Below are positions 1 through 8,142 of a stretch of 32,322 nucleotides of DNA, one piece after another (positions within the stretch are counted from its first letter, which is position 1; the number at the start of each line of letters is the position of its first letter). The stretch is from Candidatus Micrarchaeia archaeon. Its GTDB lineage: Archaea; Micrarchaeota; Micrarchaeia; Anstonellales; J096. The notes beneath the pieces were generated by a model. It saw nothing but the letters and a program-made list of their open reading frames with translations, searched no databases and had not been told where the DNA came from. The position numbers and the translations under genes were made by a program. The stretch covers positions 1-32,322 of the forward strand of contig JBGQMY010000012.1 in assembly GCA_041500865.1 (NCBI GenBank), given 5' to 3'.

Positions 1-84
1 GTGTTCGTCATCGGCTTCTTTGTCGGCGGCCTCGTCTGCTTTGTGTATTAATGCAACATCTCCAACTCTTATTCAGCCTGAAGA

Positions 85-3000
85 TTGTGCTGCAGCGTCG
101 TCGGTGTCGGCGGCCTGGCCGGCTATGTGTATTATGGCAACATCTCGAACTCCTATTCCACTGGAAACGTGAACGGCAACAACTATGTCGGCGGCCTCAT
201 CGGCCACATCTATTCCGGCACCATCTCCAACACATATTCCACCGGAAGCGTAACCGGCACCGGAAACGATGTCGGCGGCCTCATCGGCATGAGCGAGTAC
301 GGCAATGTCTCGAACTCCTATTCCACTGGAAACGTGAACGGCAACAACTATGTCGGCGGCCTCGTCGGCCACATCTATTCCGGCACCATCTCCAATTCGT
401 TCTGGGACCTTTACCTCAGCGGCCAGAGCGATTGCACTGGAAACAGCGGAAATGTGTCCGGCTGCACAGGAGAGGATGGCGACGGCACCGATATCGCTTA
501 CTTCTATGGTTCCAGCAACGCTCCGCTTTCCAGCTGGGACTTCACGAACGTCTGGCTGGCGCATGCGGACACATATCCGACATTTATCTGGGCGTCGTCA
601 TCGCCGCCTTCCCCACCCGAGCCCCTCCTAATCAATTTCACGGACCCGACGCCTGCCAGCGGAACCATGCTCGCAGGCGCCAGCGTGGCCGTAAACGTCA
701 CGGTCAGCGAGAATGCCACCTGCAGCCTCACCATGAATTCGACAGTATATGAGATGAGCGTAACCAACGCCAGCGCGGCCACACATGCCAATTACACCGT
801 GACGGCGCTGTCAGACGGCTTCTATGCCTACCACGTGAACTGCAGCGGCGCGTCTGGCGCATCCAACTACACTGAGACAAGGAACGTCACGATAGACACG
901 GCAAACCCTGAAATACGGTTCGATGCCCCCACAGACAACTCCAGCGAAACCCTCATCAGGGATAATATATTTGTCAAAATAAACGCAAGGGATATAAATT
1001 TCAATTATTCCGTAATATACCTATACCAGCCGAATGGAACGGTATCAACGGCTATAAGTGCCTCCTCCTCTTCCTGGTGCTACCAGGAAAGCGCAGACGC
1101 TTCAACTGCATGCGGCGGCCTGGACACGGGAAGCTATGGCTTTGGCGGAGACAGCTGGGTTGACGAAACGCAATTATACGACGGCGATTGGAATACGAGC
1201 TCAGACGTGGGCGGGATGTTTGGCGGGACTGCATACATGTACATAGATTACGCAAAGCCTTCAAATGCCCTTCCATCAAGTTTATGGCAGGTTAAGATAG
1301 ACAAAGGCCTTTCTGCATACGAGTCCAATTATTCCATCCCGTCAGGCTGCTTTGCCCAGGACCCGCTGCAATTCCGCATAACGTCCTTTGCATCCTTTAC
1401 GGGGGACAGCTGGGTTGATTTGGATTGCTACAACGGGACAGATTACATCCCAATATATGCCCATCCAACAACTGTGGAAGGACAAGAGGTCTGGGAAGAG
1501 GCAATGTGGTGGGACATAGGCTCAATGGCAACTGCCAATTTCACAGGCCTTGCCGATGGCCTCTATTACTTCAATGCAACGGCTTATGACAAAGCAGGAA
1601 ACTTCAACAAGACTGAAACCAGGAATGTCACGATACACGCCAAGGCGCCGGAGATAACCCTGGCGCCGCCCACGCCCCAAAACAGCTCTTTCCTGAACTA
1701 CCAGAATGCAGCAGTCAATGCGACACTCAGCGAGAACGCCAGCCAGTGCACGCTCGTCATAAAAAATTCAGGCTCCGTTGGTCTATTGACCAACATCAGC
1801 CTATGGACCAACATAAGGCACCTGAACATCACCGGTGGCGTTTTTGACTACAATGCCTCAATCGGCGTTAACAACTATTCCTCCTTCAACATGCTCAACC
1901 GCAACCCGGTTTCAGCAGGCACTTACCAAACCTGCTACCTGCGTTCCAATGGCAGCTCCACCTGCTACGGCGGCAACAATTATAGCCAGTCAACCAGCTA
2001 TACCGGGGGCAAAGCCATAGCGGCCTCATCAGGCTACGCGCACACATGCTACCTGCTCAGCAACGGCAACTCAACATGCTACGGCAGCAACAGCTCCGGC
2101 TCAACCAACAGCTACACGGGCGGCAACGCCATAGCGGTTGCGGCAGGGTTGGAATCCACATGCTACCTGCTCAGCAGCGGCAACTCCACCTGCTACGGCC
2201 TCAACGGCGCCGGCCAATCCAACCCGTACACGGGCGGCAATGCCATCGCCATGTCGGCAGGGCAGGATTCCACATGCTACCTGCTCAGCAGCGGCAACTC
2301 AACATGCTTCGGCGCCAACACCTTCGGCCAGTCCAACCCGTACACGGGCGGCGACGCCATAGCTGTCTCAGCAGGAAGATGGTACGCCTGCTACCTGCTC
2401 AGCAGCGGCAACTCCACCTGCTATGGCTACAATGGCAATGGCCAGGCAACCAACTACACAGGCGGCGACGCCATAGCTGTCTCATCAGGAGCCGTTCACA
2501 CATGCTACCTGCTCAGCAACGGCACATCTGTCTGCTACGGCGACAACTACTACAGCCAGGCAACGAACTACACCGTTGGCGGAGCCATAGCTGTCTCAGC
2601 AGGCGGATTCCATACATGCTACCTGCTCAGCAACGGCAACTCGGTGTGCTACGGCGACAACACCTGCGGCGGCCAGACGCCATGTTCCGGCCAGTCAACG
2701 AACTATATCAGGGGAGACCTGAATATTCCATTTATGGTGGAATCGAACTCGTCATCATATGATATGTTTGTGGATAATGCCGACAATGGCACAACCGCCA
2801 ATGCCACCCTTCCTGCGCTTTCAGACGGAGCATACTCATTCTTTGTGAACTGCACCGATTTTGCAGGCAACTCCAATTCATCGGAAATGAGGGGCCTCAC
2901 CATCGACACCCAGGCCCCGACGATAACCATCACAAGCCCCGGCGGCTCAATAGACTCAAGCTCGTTCCTGCTTTCTTTCATAGTCAATGACACGAACCTG

Positions 3001-3852
3001 GACAGCTGCAGGTATTCATTGGACAATGGAACCGACGTTGCGCTCCCCAACTGCACAGGGACAACGGCTTCATCGTCATACGGGCATCATTGCGTAACCG
3101 TTTACGCCAATGACACCGCAGGCAACATCAACTCAAGCACCGCCTGCTTTGTCCTGTACAGCAGCCATGTGTCAAGCCCCTCAACAGGGCAGCCGCCCCC
3201 GCCCGAGCAGAACCAGACGTTGCCGCTCCATCTTTCAGCCGGCGTGGCCTGCACCCAGGATGGGACAGGGGACGTTACGGTGGCTGCAACAAGCAGCAGC
3301 AATCCCGTCAGCTCTGTCGCTCTTGCGGTTTCCGGCATAGGTGGGACGTTCTACACCGATTCAGCAGGAAAGTCACTGATTCCCGGCATGCTGAACGGGA
3401 CATTCACTGTTTCGGGCACAAAGGACGGCTATGACAGCGCGCAAACGGCATTCTCAGTGTCCTGCGCGCCGCAGAACATCACCGCGCCTCCCCAGCCGAA
3501 CGTAACCGCAAACCAGACAGGCGGCACAAAGCCACAGTCCGGAGGCGGCGCCATTGAGCAGCCGCAGGGCAACGTCTCAGCTCAGCCGTCCAATGTGACA
3601 TCAAATGCCACATCAAATGCCACGGTGCAGCCAGTCCAGAACCAGACACCCCAGCCTGGGCAGAACCAGACACCTGGAATCGGAGGAGGAACGCTTGGCG
3701 GAGAAAGGGGCAATGACATCATCTCACAGGCTATAACGCTGCTGTTTTCAGCATCCAAGTCCCCGGCCGCAATCGCCTCGGCAGCCATTGTAGCGGCAGG
3801 CATAGGCTGGTACGTCTTCAGGATAAGGATAAAGGGGCAGGCGCTGGATTAG
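85..3852 (+). CDS. Large cell-surface protein, probably 5'-partial: GLUG-type repeats, several Ig-like domains, 7-unit RCC1/BLIP-II-like propeller, Pro/Gln/Thr linker, C-terminal TM anchor
   Basis: VGGLxG...ISNSYSTGNV repeats; recurring ...LSDGxYxxxVNC...RxxTIDT Ig-like ends; 38-aa TCYLLSxGNSTCYG repeats; many NxS/T sequons; terminal AAIVAAGIGWYVFRIRIK. No signal peptide is visible, and the same frame looks GLUG-like back to base 1 but with two stops. Confidence 0.85.
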   Translation: MCCSVVGVGGLAGYVYYGNISNSYSTGNVNGNNYVGGLIGHIYSGTISNTYSTGSVTGTGNDVGGLIGMSEYGNVSNSYSTGNVNGNNYVGGLVGHIYSGTISNSFWDLYLSGQSDCTGNSGNVSGCTGEDGDGTDIAYFYGSSNAPLSSWDFTNVWLAHADTYPTFIWASSSPPSPPEPLLINFTDPTPASGTMLAGASVAVNVTVSENATCSLTMNSTVYEMSVTNASAATHANYTVTALSDGFYAYHVNCSGASGASNYTETRNVTIDTANPEIRFDAPTDNSSETLIRDNIFVKINARDINFNYSVIYLYQPNGTVSTAISASSSSWCYQESADASTACGGLDTGSYGFGGDSWVDETQLYDGDWNTSSDVGGMFGGTAYMYIDYAKPSNALPSSLWQVKIDKGLSAYESNYSIPSGCFAQDPLQFRITSFASFTGDSWVDLDCYNGTDYIPIYAHPTTVEGQEVWEEAMWWDIGSMATANFTGLADGLYYFNATAYDKAGNFNKTETRNVTIHAKAPEITLAPPTPQNSSFLNYQNAAVNATLSENASQCTLVIKNSGSVGLLTNISLWTNIRHLNITGGVFDYNASIGVNNYSSFNMLNRNPVSAGTYQTCYLRSNGSSTCYGGNNYSQSTSYTGGKAIAASSGYAHTCYLLSNGNSTCYGSNSSGSTNSYTGGNAIAVAAGLESTCYLLSSGNSTCYGLNGAGQSNPYTGGNAIAMSAGQDSTCYLLSSGNSTCFGANTFGQSNPYTGGDAIAVSAGRWYACYLLSSGNSTCYGYNGNGQATNYTGGDAIAVSSGAVHTCYLLSNGTSVCYGDNYYSQATNYTVGGAIAVSAGGFHTCYLLSNGNSVCYGDNTCGGQTPCSGQSTNYIRGDLNIPFMVESNSSSYDMFVDNADNGTTANATLPALSDGAYSFFVNCTDFAGNSNSSEMRGLTIDTQAPTITITSPGGSIDSSSFLLSFIVNDTNLDSCRYSLDNGTDVALPNCTGTTASSSYGHHCVTVYANDTAGNINSSTACFVLYSSHVSSPSTGQPPPPEQNQTLPLHLSAGVACTQDGTGDVTVAATSSSNPVSSVALAVSGIGGTFYTDSAGKSLIPGMLNGTFTVSGTKDGYDSAQTAFSVSCAPQNITAPPQPNVTANQTGGTKPQSGGGAIEQPQGNVSAQPSNVTSNATSNATVQPVQNQTPQPGQNQTPGIGGGTLGGERGNDIISQAITLLFSASKSPAAIASAAIVAAGIGWYVFRIRIKGQALD
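143..395 (+). repeat. 88-bp near-identical direct repeat within the GLUG region
   Basis: 143-230 and 308-395 differ at one base (A/G); period 165 bp = 55 codons. Confidence 0.9.
1906..2712 (+). repeat. Seven 114-bp coding tandem repeats (RCC1-like blades)
   Basis: Equivalent Cys codons (tgctacctg) at 1933, 2047, 2161, 2275, 2389, 2503 and 2617. Confidence 0.92.
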
Positions 3853-3889
3853 CCATGGGATTATAAATCTTATACCTCCATCTGTGAAT

Positions 3890-4939
3890 ATGGACACTGG
3901 CAAGCGGATTGCGCTGGTCATGAAGCGGCCTACAGAAGAGGTAGTGACTGAGGAAAGGCTAAGGGAGATGTTCGAAGCCAAGAAGGAAATCAGGCACTAC
4001 ATAGGCTATGAGATTTCCGGGTTCCTGCACCTTGGCGGCCTCGCGGCCGCGCTGAAAATCCACGATTTCATAGAGGCAGGCATAAGGCCGATGATTTGGC
4101 TTGCGGACTACCATTCTGTGATAAACAACAAGCTCGGCGGCGACGTGGGCCTCATAAGGAAAGTGGCAAACGGCTACTTCAAGCACGCGTTCATAAGCAT
4201 GGGCCTTGACGAATCCAAAGTCGACTACGTCATGGCCAGCGACGTCTACAACCAGGACTATTGGGGCACGGTCCTGAAGGTCGGCAACGAGGCCACGCTC
4301 AGCAGGGTGAAAAGGGCCATGACGATAATGGGCAGGAAGGAAAGCGACGAGTCCCCGGCATCGTTCATAGTGTATCCGCTCATGCAGGCTGCAGACATCT
4401 TCCATCTGGACATTGACATCATGCACGCGGGCATGGACCAGAGGAAGGTCCACATGCTTGCGATTGACGTGGCTGAAAAGCTCGGAAGGCAGAAGCCGGT
4501 CGCAGTCCACATGCACCTGCTTCCGTCCCTGAAGAGCGACGGCAGGATGAACCCCGAAGACGCGAAGATGAGCAAGTCCAAGCCCGACACGGCCATATTC
4601 GTGAACGACAGCGAGGACGAAATAATGAGAAAAATGAAGGCAGCGGTCTGCCAGCAGAAGGAAACAGAAGGCAACCCCGTTTTTGAGATACTCAAGTACC
4701 TGATATTGAGGGACGATAGCACCATCATGAAAATAGAACGGCCTGCCAAATACGGCGGAGACGTCCAGGGCACCCTGCCCGAGATAGAGAAGATGTACAA
4801 GGAAGGCGCGCTGTTCCCGCTGGACCTCAAGGAAGCTGTCGCAAGGGAGCTGACAGGCATGCTCAAGCCTTCCAGGGAATATTTCGCCAAGCATCCGGAT
4901 TTCATTGACCAGCTCAGGCTCGGCAGCATAACGAGGTAA
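3890..4939 (+). CDS. tyrS: Tyrosine--tRNA ligase (archaeal type)
   Basis: YIGYEISGFLHLG (HIGH-like), YPLMQAADI, GMDQRKVHMLA, KMSKS; TTATAAA about 25-30 nt before ATG 3890. Confidence 0.95.
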   Translation: MDTGKRIALVMKRPTEEVVTEERLREMFEAKKEIRHYIGYEISGFLHLGGLAAALKIHDFIEAGIRPMIWLADYHSVINNKLGGDVGLIRKVANGYFKHAFISMGLDESKVDYVMASDVYNQDYWGTVLKVGNEATLSRVKRAMTIMGRKESDESPASFIVYPLMQAADIFHLDIDIMHAGMDQRKVHMLAIDVAEKLGRQKPVAVHMHLLPSLKSDGRMNPEDAKMSKSKPDTAIFVNDSEDEIMRKMKAAVCQQKETEGNPVFEILKYLILRDDSTIMKIERPAKYGGDVQGTLPEIEKMYKEGALFPLDLKEAVARELTGMLKPSREYFAKHPDFIDQLRLGSITR

Positions 4940-4943
4940 TGGC

Positions 4944-5495
4944 ATGAGGCTCCTTTGCATAACCGGGAAAAAGGGCTCTGGCAAGTCCGTGATAACGGGC
5001 GTGGCCTCGCAGTTTGGCATAAGGTCAATAGAGATGCACGAGCCGGTCTATGAGAGGATGCAGAAGGAAGGCATTGAGCTGACGCATGAAAACATAATAA
5101 AACATTCCGAAGGCCTGCGGAAGGGCGGGGACTTCGCAATAGTGGCAAAGCTCGTGATGGAAAAGATAGCCAAGGGGAAAATCAAGGACGATTTGATGAT
5201 AGTCTGCGGAATCCGCCACCCGGACGAGGTTGCTGAATTCAGGAAACACTACCAGGTCCTGCTTGTTGCTGTTGATTGCGACGCCAAGGTCCGCTTTGGG
5301 CGGATAAAGGCAAGGGCCGAGGCCTGGGATTCGCGCACATTCAAGGAGTTCATGAAGAAAGAGAAAAGCGAAAAAGCCGGATTGGGCACGGAGCAGGCTG
5401 TCTCTTCCGCTGACATCATAATAAGGAACGACGGAAGCATCGCAGGCTTTGAGGCAAAGGCAAGGAACCTCATCGCCATGCTCGCAAATGGATGA
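4944..5495 (+). CDS. P-loop nucleotide kinase-like protein (UPF0200/dephospho-CoA kinase-like)
   Basis: N-terminal ITGKKGSGKS, GIRHPDE, ADIIIRND. Confidence 0.8.
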   Translation: MRLLCITGKKGSGKSVITGVASQFGIRSIEMHEPVYERMQKEGIELTHENIIKHSEGLRKGGDFAIVAKLVMEKIAKGKIKDDLMIVCGIRHPDEVAEFRKHYQVLLVAVDCDAKVRFGRIKARAEAWDSRTFKEFMKKEKSEKAGLGTEQAVSSADIIIRNDGSIAGFEAKARNLIAMLANG

Positions 5496-5499
5496 TCAC

Positions 5500-6720
5500 A
5501 TGGGCAAGATTTTGGACATAAAGGCGAGATGGATACTGGACTCAAGGGCATTCCCGACGGTTGAGGCCGAGCTCAAGACCGAAAAAGGCAAGGTCATCGG
5601 CGCTGCGCCTTCAGGCGCCTCAACAGGGAGCTTTGAGGCGCTTGAGATGCGGGACGGCGGAAAGGCATTTGCAGGGAAAGGCGTGGGCAAGGCGGTTTCA
5701 AACGTGAACGGGGAAATCAAAAAGGCGTTCGTAGGAAAGCAGATGAACGACCCTGCCGTCATGGACCAGATGCTGATAGAGCTTGACGGCACTGACAACA
5801 AGTCCAGGCTTGGAGCGAACGCAACGACCGCCGTTTCCATAGCGTTCGCAAAGGCCTATGCGCTTGAGATGGGCACTGAAATCTTCCAAATATACGGAGG
5901 AAGCGCAATGCCCATTCCGATGTCAAACGTGATAAACGGCGGAAGGCACGCAGGCAACGACCTGGCGATACAGGAATTCATGCTGATACCGAACGGCATA
6001 AAGGCCTTCAGGGACAGGATGCAGGCGCTGTCCGAAATATACGTCGGAATGAAGGAGGCGCTCAGGGCGGAGTACGGAAAGCCGGCGACGAACGTTGGCG
6101 ACGAGGGCGGCTTCGCCCCCGCATTCAAGGAAACGACCGAGGCGCTTGAGGTCATGGCAAAGGCGATAGAGGGCGCAGGATACGCAAAGAGGGTCATGAT
6201 AGGCATGGACTGCGCCGCATCCGAGTTCTTCGGCGATGGCGCATATGGCATAGACGGCAAGAGGCTTTCGCCAGGCCAGCTCCTGGACCTTTATTCCGGG
6301 CTCATCTCCGCATACCCGATATTGAGCATAGAGGACCCCTTTGAAGAGAATGACTTCGCCTCCTTTGCCGAGCTTACCAAGAGGCACGGAAGCAAAGTTA
6401 TGGTCGTGGGCGACGACCTTTTCACGACAAACGCGAAAAGGATAGAGGAGGGAATCAAGAACAGCAGCGCAAACGCGCTTCTTGTCAAGATAAACCAGAT
6501 AGGCACGGTAACCGAGGCAAGGAAGGCGGCCGAGCTTGCGCATTCCAGCGGATGGAAAACAGCAGTCAGCCACAGGTCGGGCGAGACGGAAGACACGTTC
6601 ATCTCGGACTTCGCGGTCGGCATAGGCTCCGAATACATAAAGGCAGGCGCGCCTGCAAGGGGCGAAAGGGTCTCCAAGTACAACAGGCTGCTGAGGATAG
6701 AGGAGATGCTGGATGGGTAA
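5500..6720 (+). CDS. eno: Enolase
   Basis: ILDSR..PTVEAE, PSGASTG, NVINGGRHA, GDEGGFAP, VGDDLFTTN, SHRSGETED, KYNRLLRIEE; start moved to ATG 5500. Confidence 0.97.
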   Translation: MGKILDIKARWILDSRAFPTVEAELKTEKGKVIGAAPSGASTGSFEALEMRDGGKAFAGKGVGKAVSNVNGEIKKAFVGKQMNDPAVMDQMLIELDGTDNKSRLGANATTAVSIAFAKAYALEMGTEIFQIYGGSAMPIPMSNVINGGRHAGNDLAIQEFMLIPNGIKAFRDRMQALSEIYVGMKEALRAEYGKPATNVGDEGGFAPAFKETTEALEVMAKAIEGAGYAKRVMIGMDCAASEFFGDGAYGIDGKRLSPGQLLDLYSGLISAYPILSIEDPFEENDFASFAELTKRHGSKVMVVGDDLFTTNAKRIEEGIKNSSANALLVKINQIGTVTEARKAAELAHSSGWKTAVSHRSGETEDTFISDFAVGIGSEYIKAGAPARGERVSKYNRLLRIEEMLDG

Positions 6721-7054
6721 CCAGATATACTCGTTTGTCCTAGGCGTCCTCGAGTTCTTCTGCTTCTTTGCCATACTCTTCGTGCCCATTCCGGCTTTCG
6801 TCGCGGCAATCGTGCTCGCGATGGCAATTTATTTCGGCATTGGCCTGGCGAAGGGCTGGCTGCAAAGCATTGACAGCAGGAACCTTGCAGGGTATGTGCT
6901 CGGGAAGTTCGTTTATCCTGCGTTCCTTGCCCTCTTCATGCTTTCTTATCCAGGGGGAGCGGCCATGGTTGCAGGGTTCGCGTCAATAGCGCTTTTGGAC
7001 TCGGTTTCAACGGCTATTTCCTCTTATTACCTTCCTTCTTCCGCTTCCCGTTGA
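6713..7054 (+). CDS. Hypothetical multi-pass membrane protein
   Basis: 113 aa with about 4 hydrophobic segments; start overlaps the eno stop. Confidence 0.7.
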   Translation: MGNQIYSFVLGVLEFFCFFAILFVPIPAFVAAIVLAMAIYFGIGLAKGWLQSIDSRNLAGYVLGKFVYPAFLALFMLSYPGGAAMVAGFASIALLDSVSTAISSYYLPSSASR

Positions 7055-7364
7055 GCCTGCCCACGGCATTCTCTATCCTTTTTTCTATCCTGCTCTCGTT
7101 GGAGTTGACGGCATCGTGTATTACGTATAGCAGGTAAAGCGCAGTCGCCACCCCGACCCACTCAATGGCGATAGTTATGATCTTTCCGCTGTCAGTAACA
7201 GGATAAATGTCGCCGTATCCAACTGTGGTGAACGTGGAAGTCAGGAAGTAGGCTGCGTCTATGTACCTCCAGCCCTCTATCTCGTGGTATGCGTACATGC
7301 CTATGGCGTAAAGGAGGCCAAGCATGACGACCGGCAACAGCACCCTTTTAATAGCTTGCGCCAT
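7014..7364 (-). CDS. Minimal two-TM potassium channel family protein
   Basis: Selectivity filter TTVGYGD between two TM helices; no RCK domain. Confidence 0.92.
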   Translation of the reverse strand: MAQAIKRVLLPVVMLGLLYAIGMYAYHEIEGWRYIDAAYFLTSTFTTVGYGDIYPVTDSGKIITIAIEWVGVATALYLLYVIHDAVNSNESRIEKRIENAVGRLNGKRKKEGNKRK

Positions 7365-7403
7365 AATCCTTGTATTGTCTTAGTAGTTTAAAAAGGTGTT
7401 GAA

Positions 7404-7703
7404 ATGGCCATGTTGAAATGCGACAGGTGCGGAGAAAAGGCCGCAAAGGTGGAAATGTGCAGCTCATGCAGAAGGCTGGTGTGCAAGAAGTGCGCAAAGA
7501 CCAGCAAGAAAGTCAGCAGGAAGGACATAAAGCGGATGATAATGTGCAAGGACTGCTGGACAGACCTGAGCAAAAGAAAGATTTACAGGACTTTCACAGC
7601 GCCGAAAGAGACGTTTGAGGAAAGGACCGAGCGTTACGGCCCGAGGCCGAGGTACGGGAAAAAGCGCAGCTTTGGCAGTGGCGGCGGCCCGCCCCGCAGG
7701 TAA
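7404..7703 (+). CDS. Small basic Zn-finger-like protein
   Basis: Four CxxC pairs; Arg/Gly-rich tail; AGGTG SD-like site upstream. Confidence 0.75.
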   Translation: MAMLKCDRCGEKAAKVEMCSSCRRLVCKKCAKTSKKVSRKDIKRMIMCKDCWTDLSKRKIYRTFTAPKETFEERTERYGPRPRYGKKRSFGSGGGPPRR

Positions 7704-7795
7704 TATCCCGGATTACCTAGTCACTTTCTTTGACCTTTTTTCTTTAGAAAAGAAAGAAGCAACAGTCAGATTACTTTAATACTTATCTTTATTAT

Positions 7796-8137
7796 CTAAT
7801 CTTTTTTCAGTTTTTCTCCATTTAATACTCTTAATTGAAGCTCTTTTACTAATTTTTCTTTTTCTTCGATTTTTAATCTTTTCTCTTTTTCTTGTTTGTT
7901 TTTAAGAGAGTTAGTCATTAATACCCCAATAATAATAGCAATTAATCCTATTGGCCAAAATATAAATAATAGTAATACTCCTGCGATTATCCAGATTAAA
8001 CCGCCAATGGTAGTTATCAATGCCCCAATTAAGGCTATAGTTCCAATTACTCCTACAGGTTTATTTTTTATTAATTTCTCAGCATACTCTTCAATTTCTA
8101 ATTTTTCTCTATCTGTGAGATCTTCTCTTTTATCCAT
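7796..8137 (-). CDS. AT-rich hypothetical membrane protein
   Basis: Long Gly/Ile hydrophobic hairpin flanked by K/E-rich ends; ATG 5 nt after the ileS stop (alternative GTG at 8146). Confidence 0.7.
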   Translation of the reverse strand: MDKREDLTDREKLEIEEYAEKLIKNKPVGVIGTIALIGALITTIGGLIWIIAGVLLLFIFWPIGLIAIIIGVLMTNSLKNKQEKEKRLKIEEKEKLVKELQLRVLNGEKLKKD

Positions 8138-8142
8138 TTTTG

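Noticed and set aside
143..2712. Diversity-generating retroelement (TR/VR pair) in the surface-protein repeats
   Set aside because: All repeats are in-frame coding units, the differences are not adenine-specific (the GLUG pair differs at only one base), and there is no reverse transcriptase in the window.
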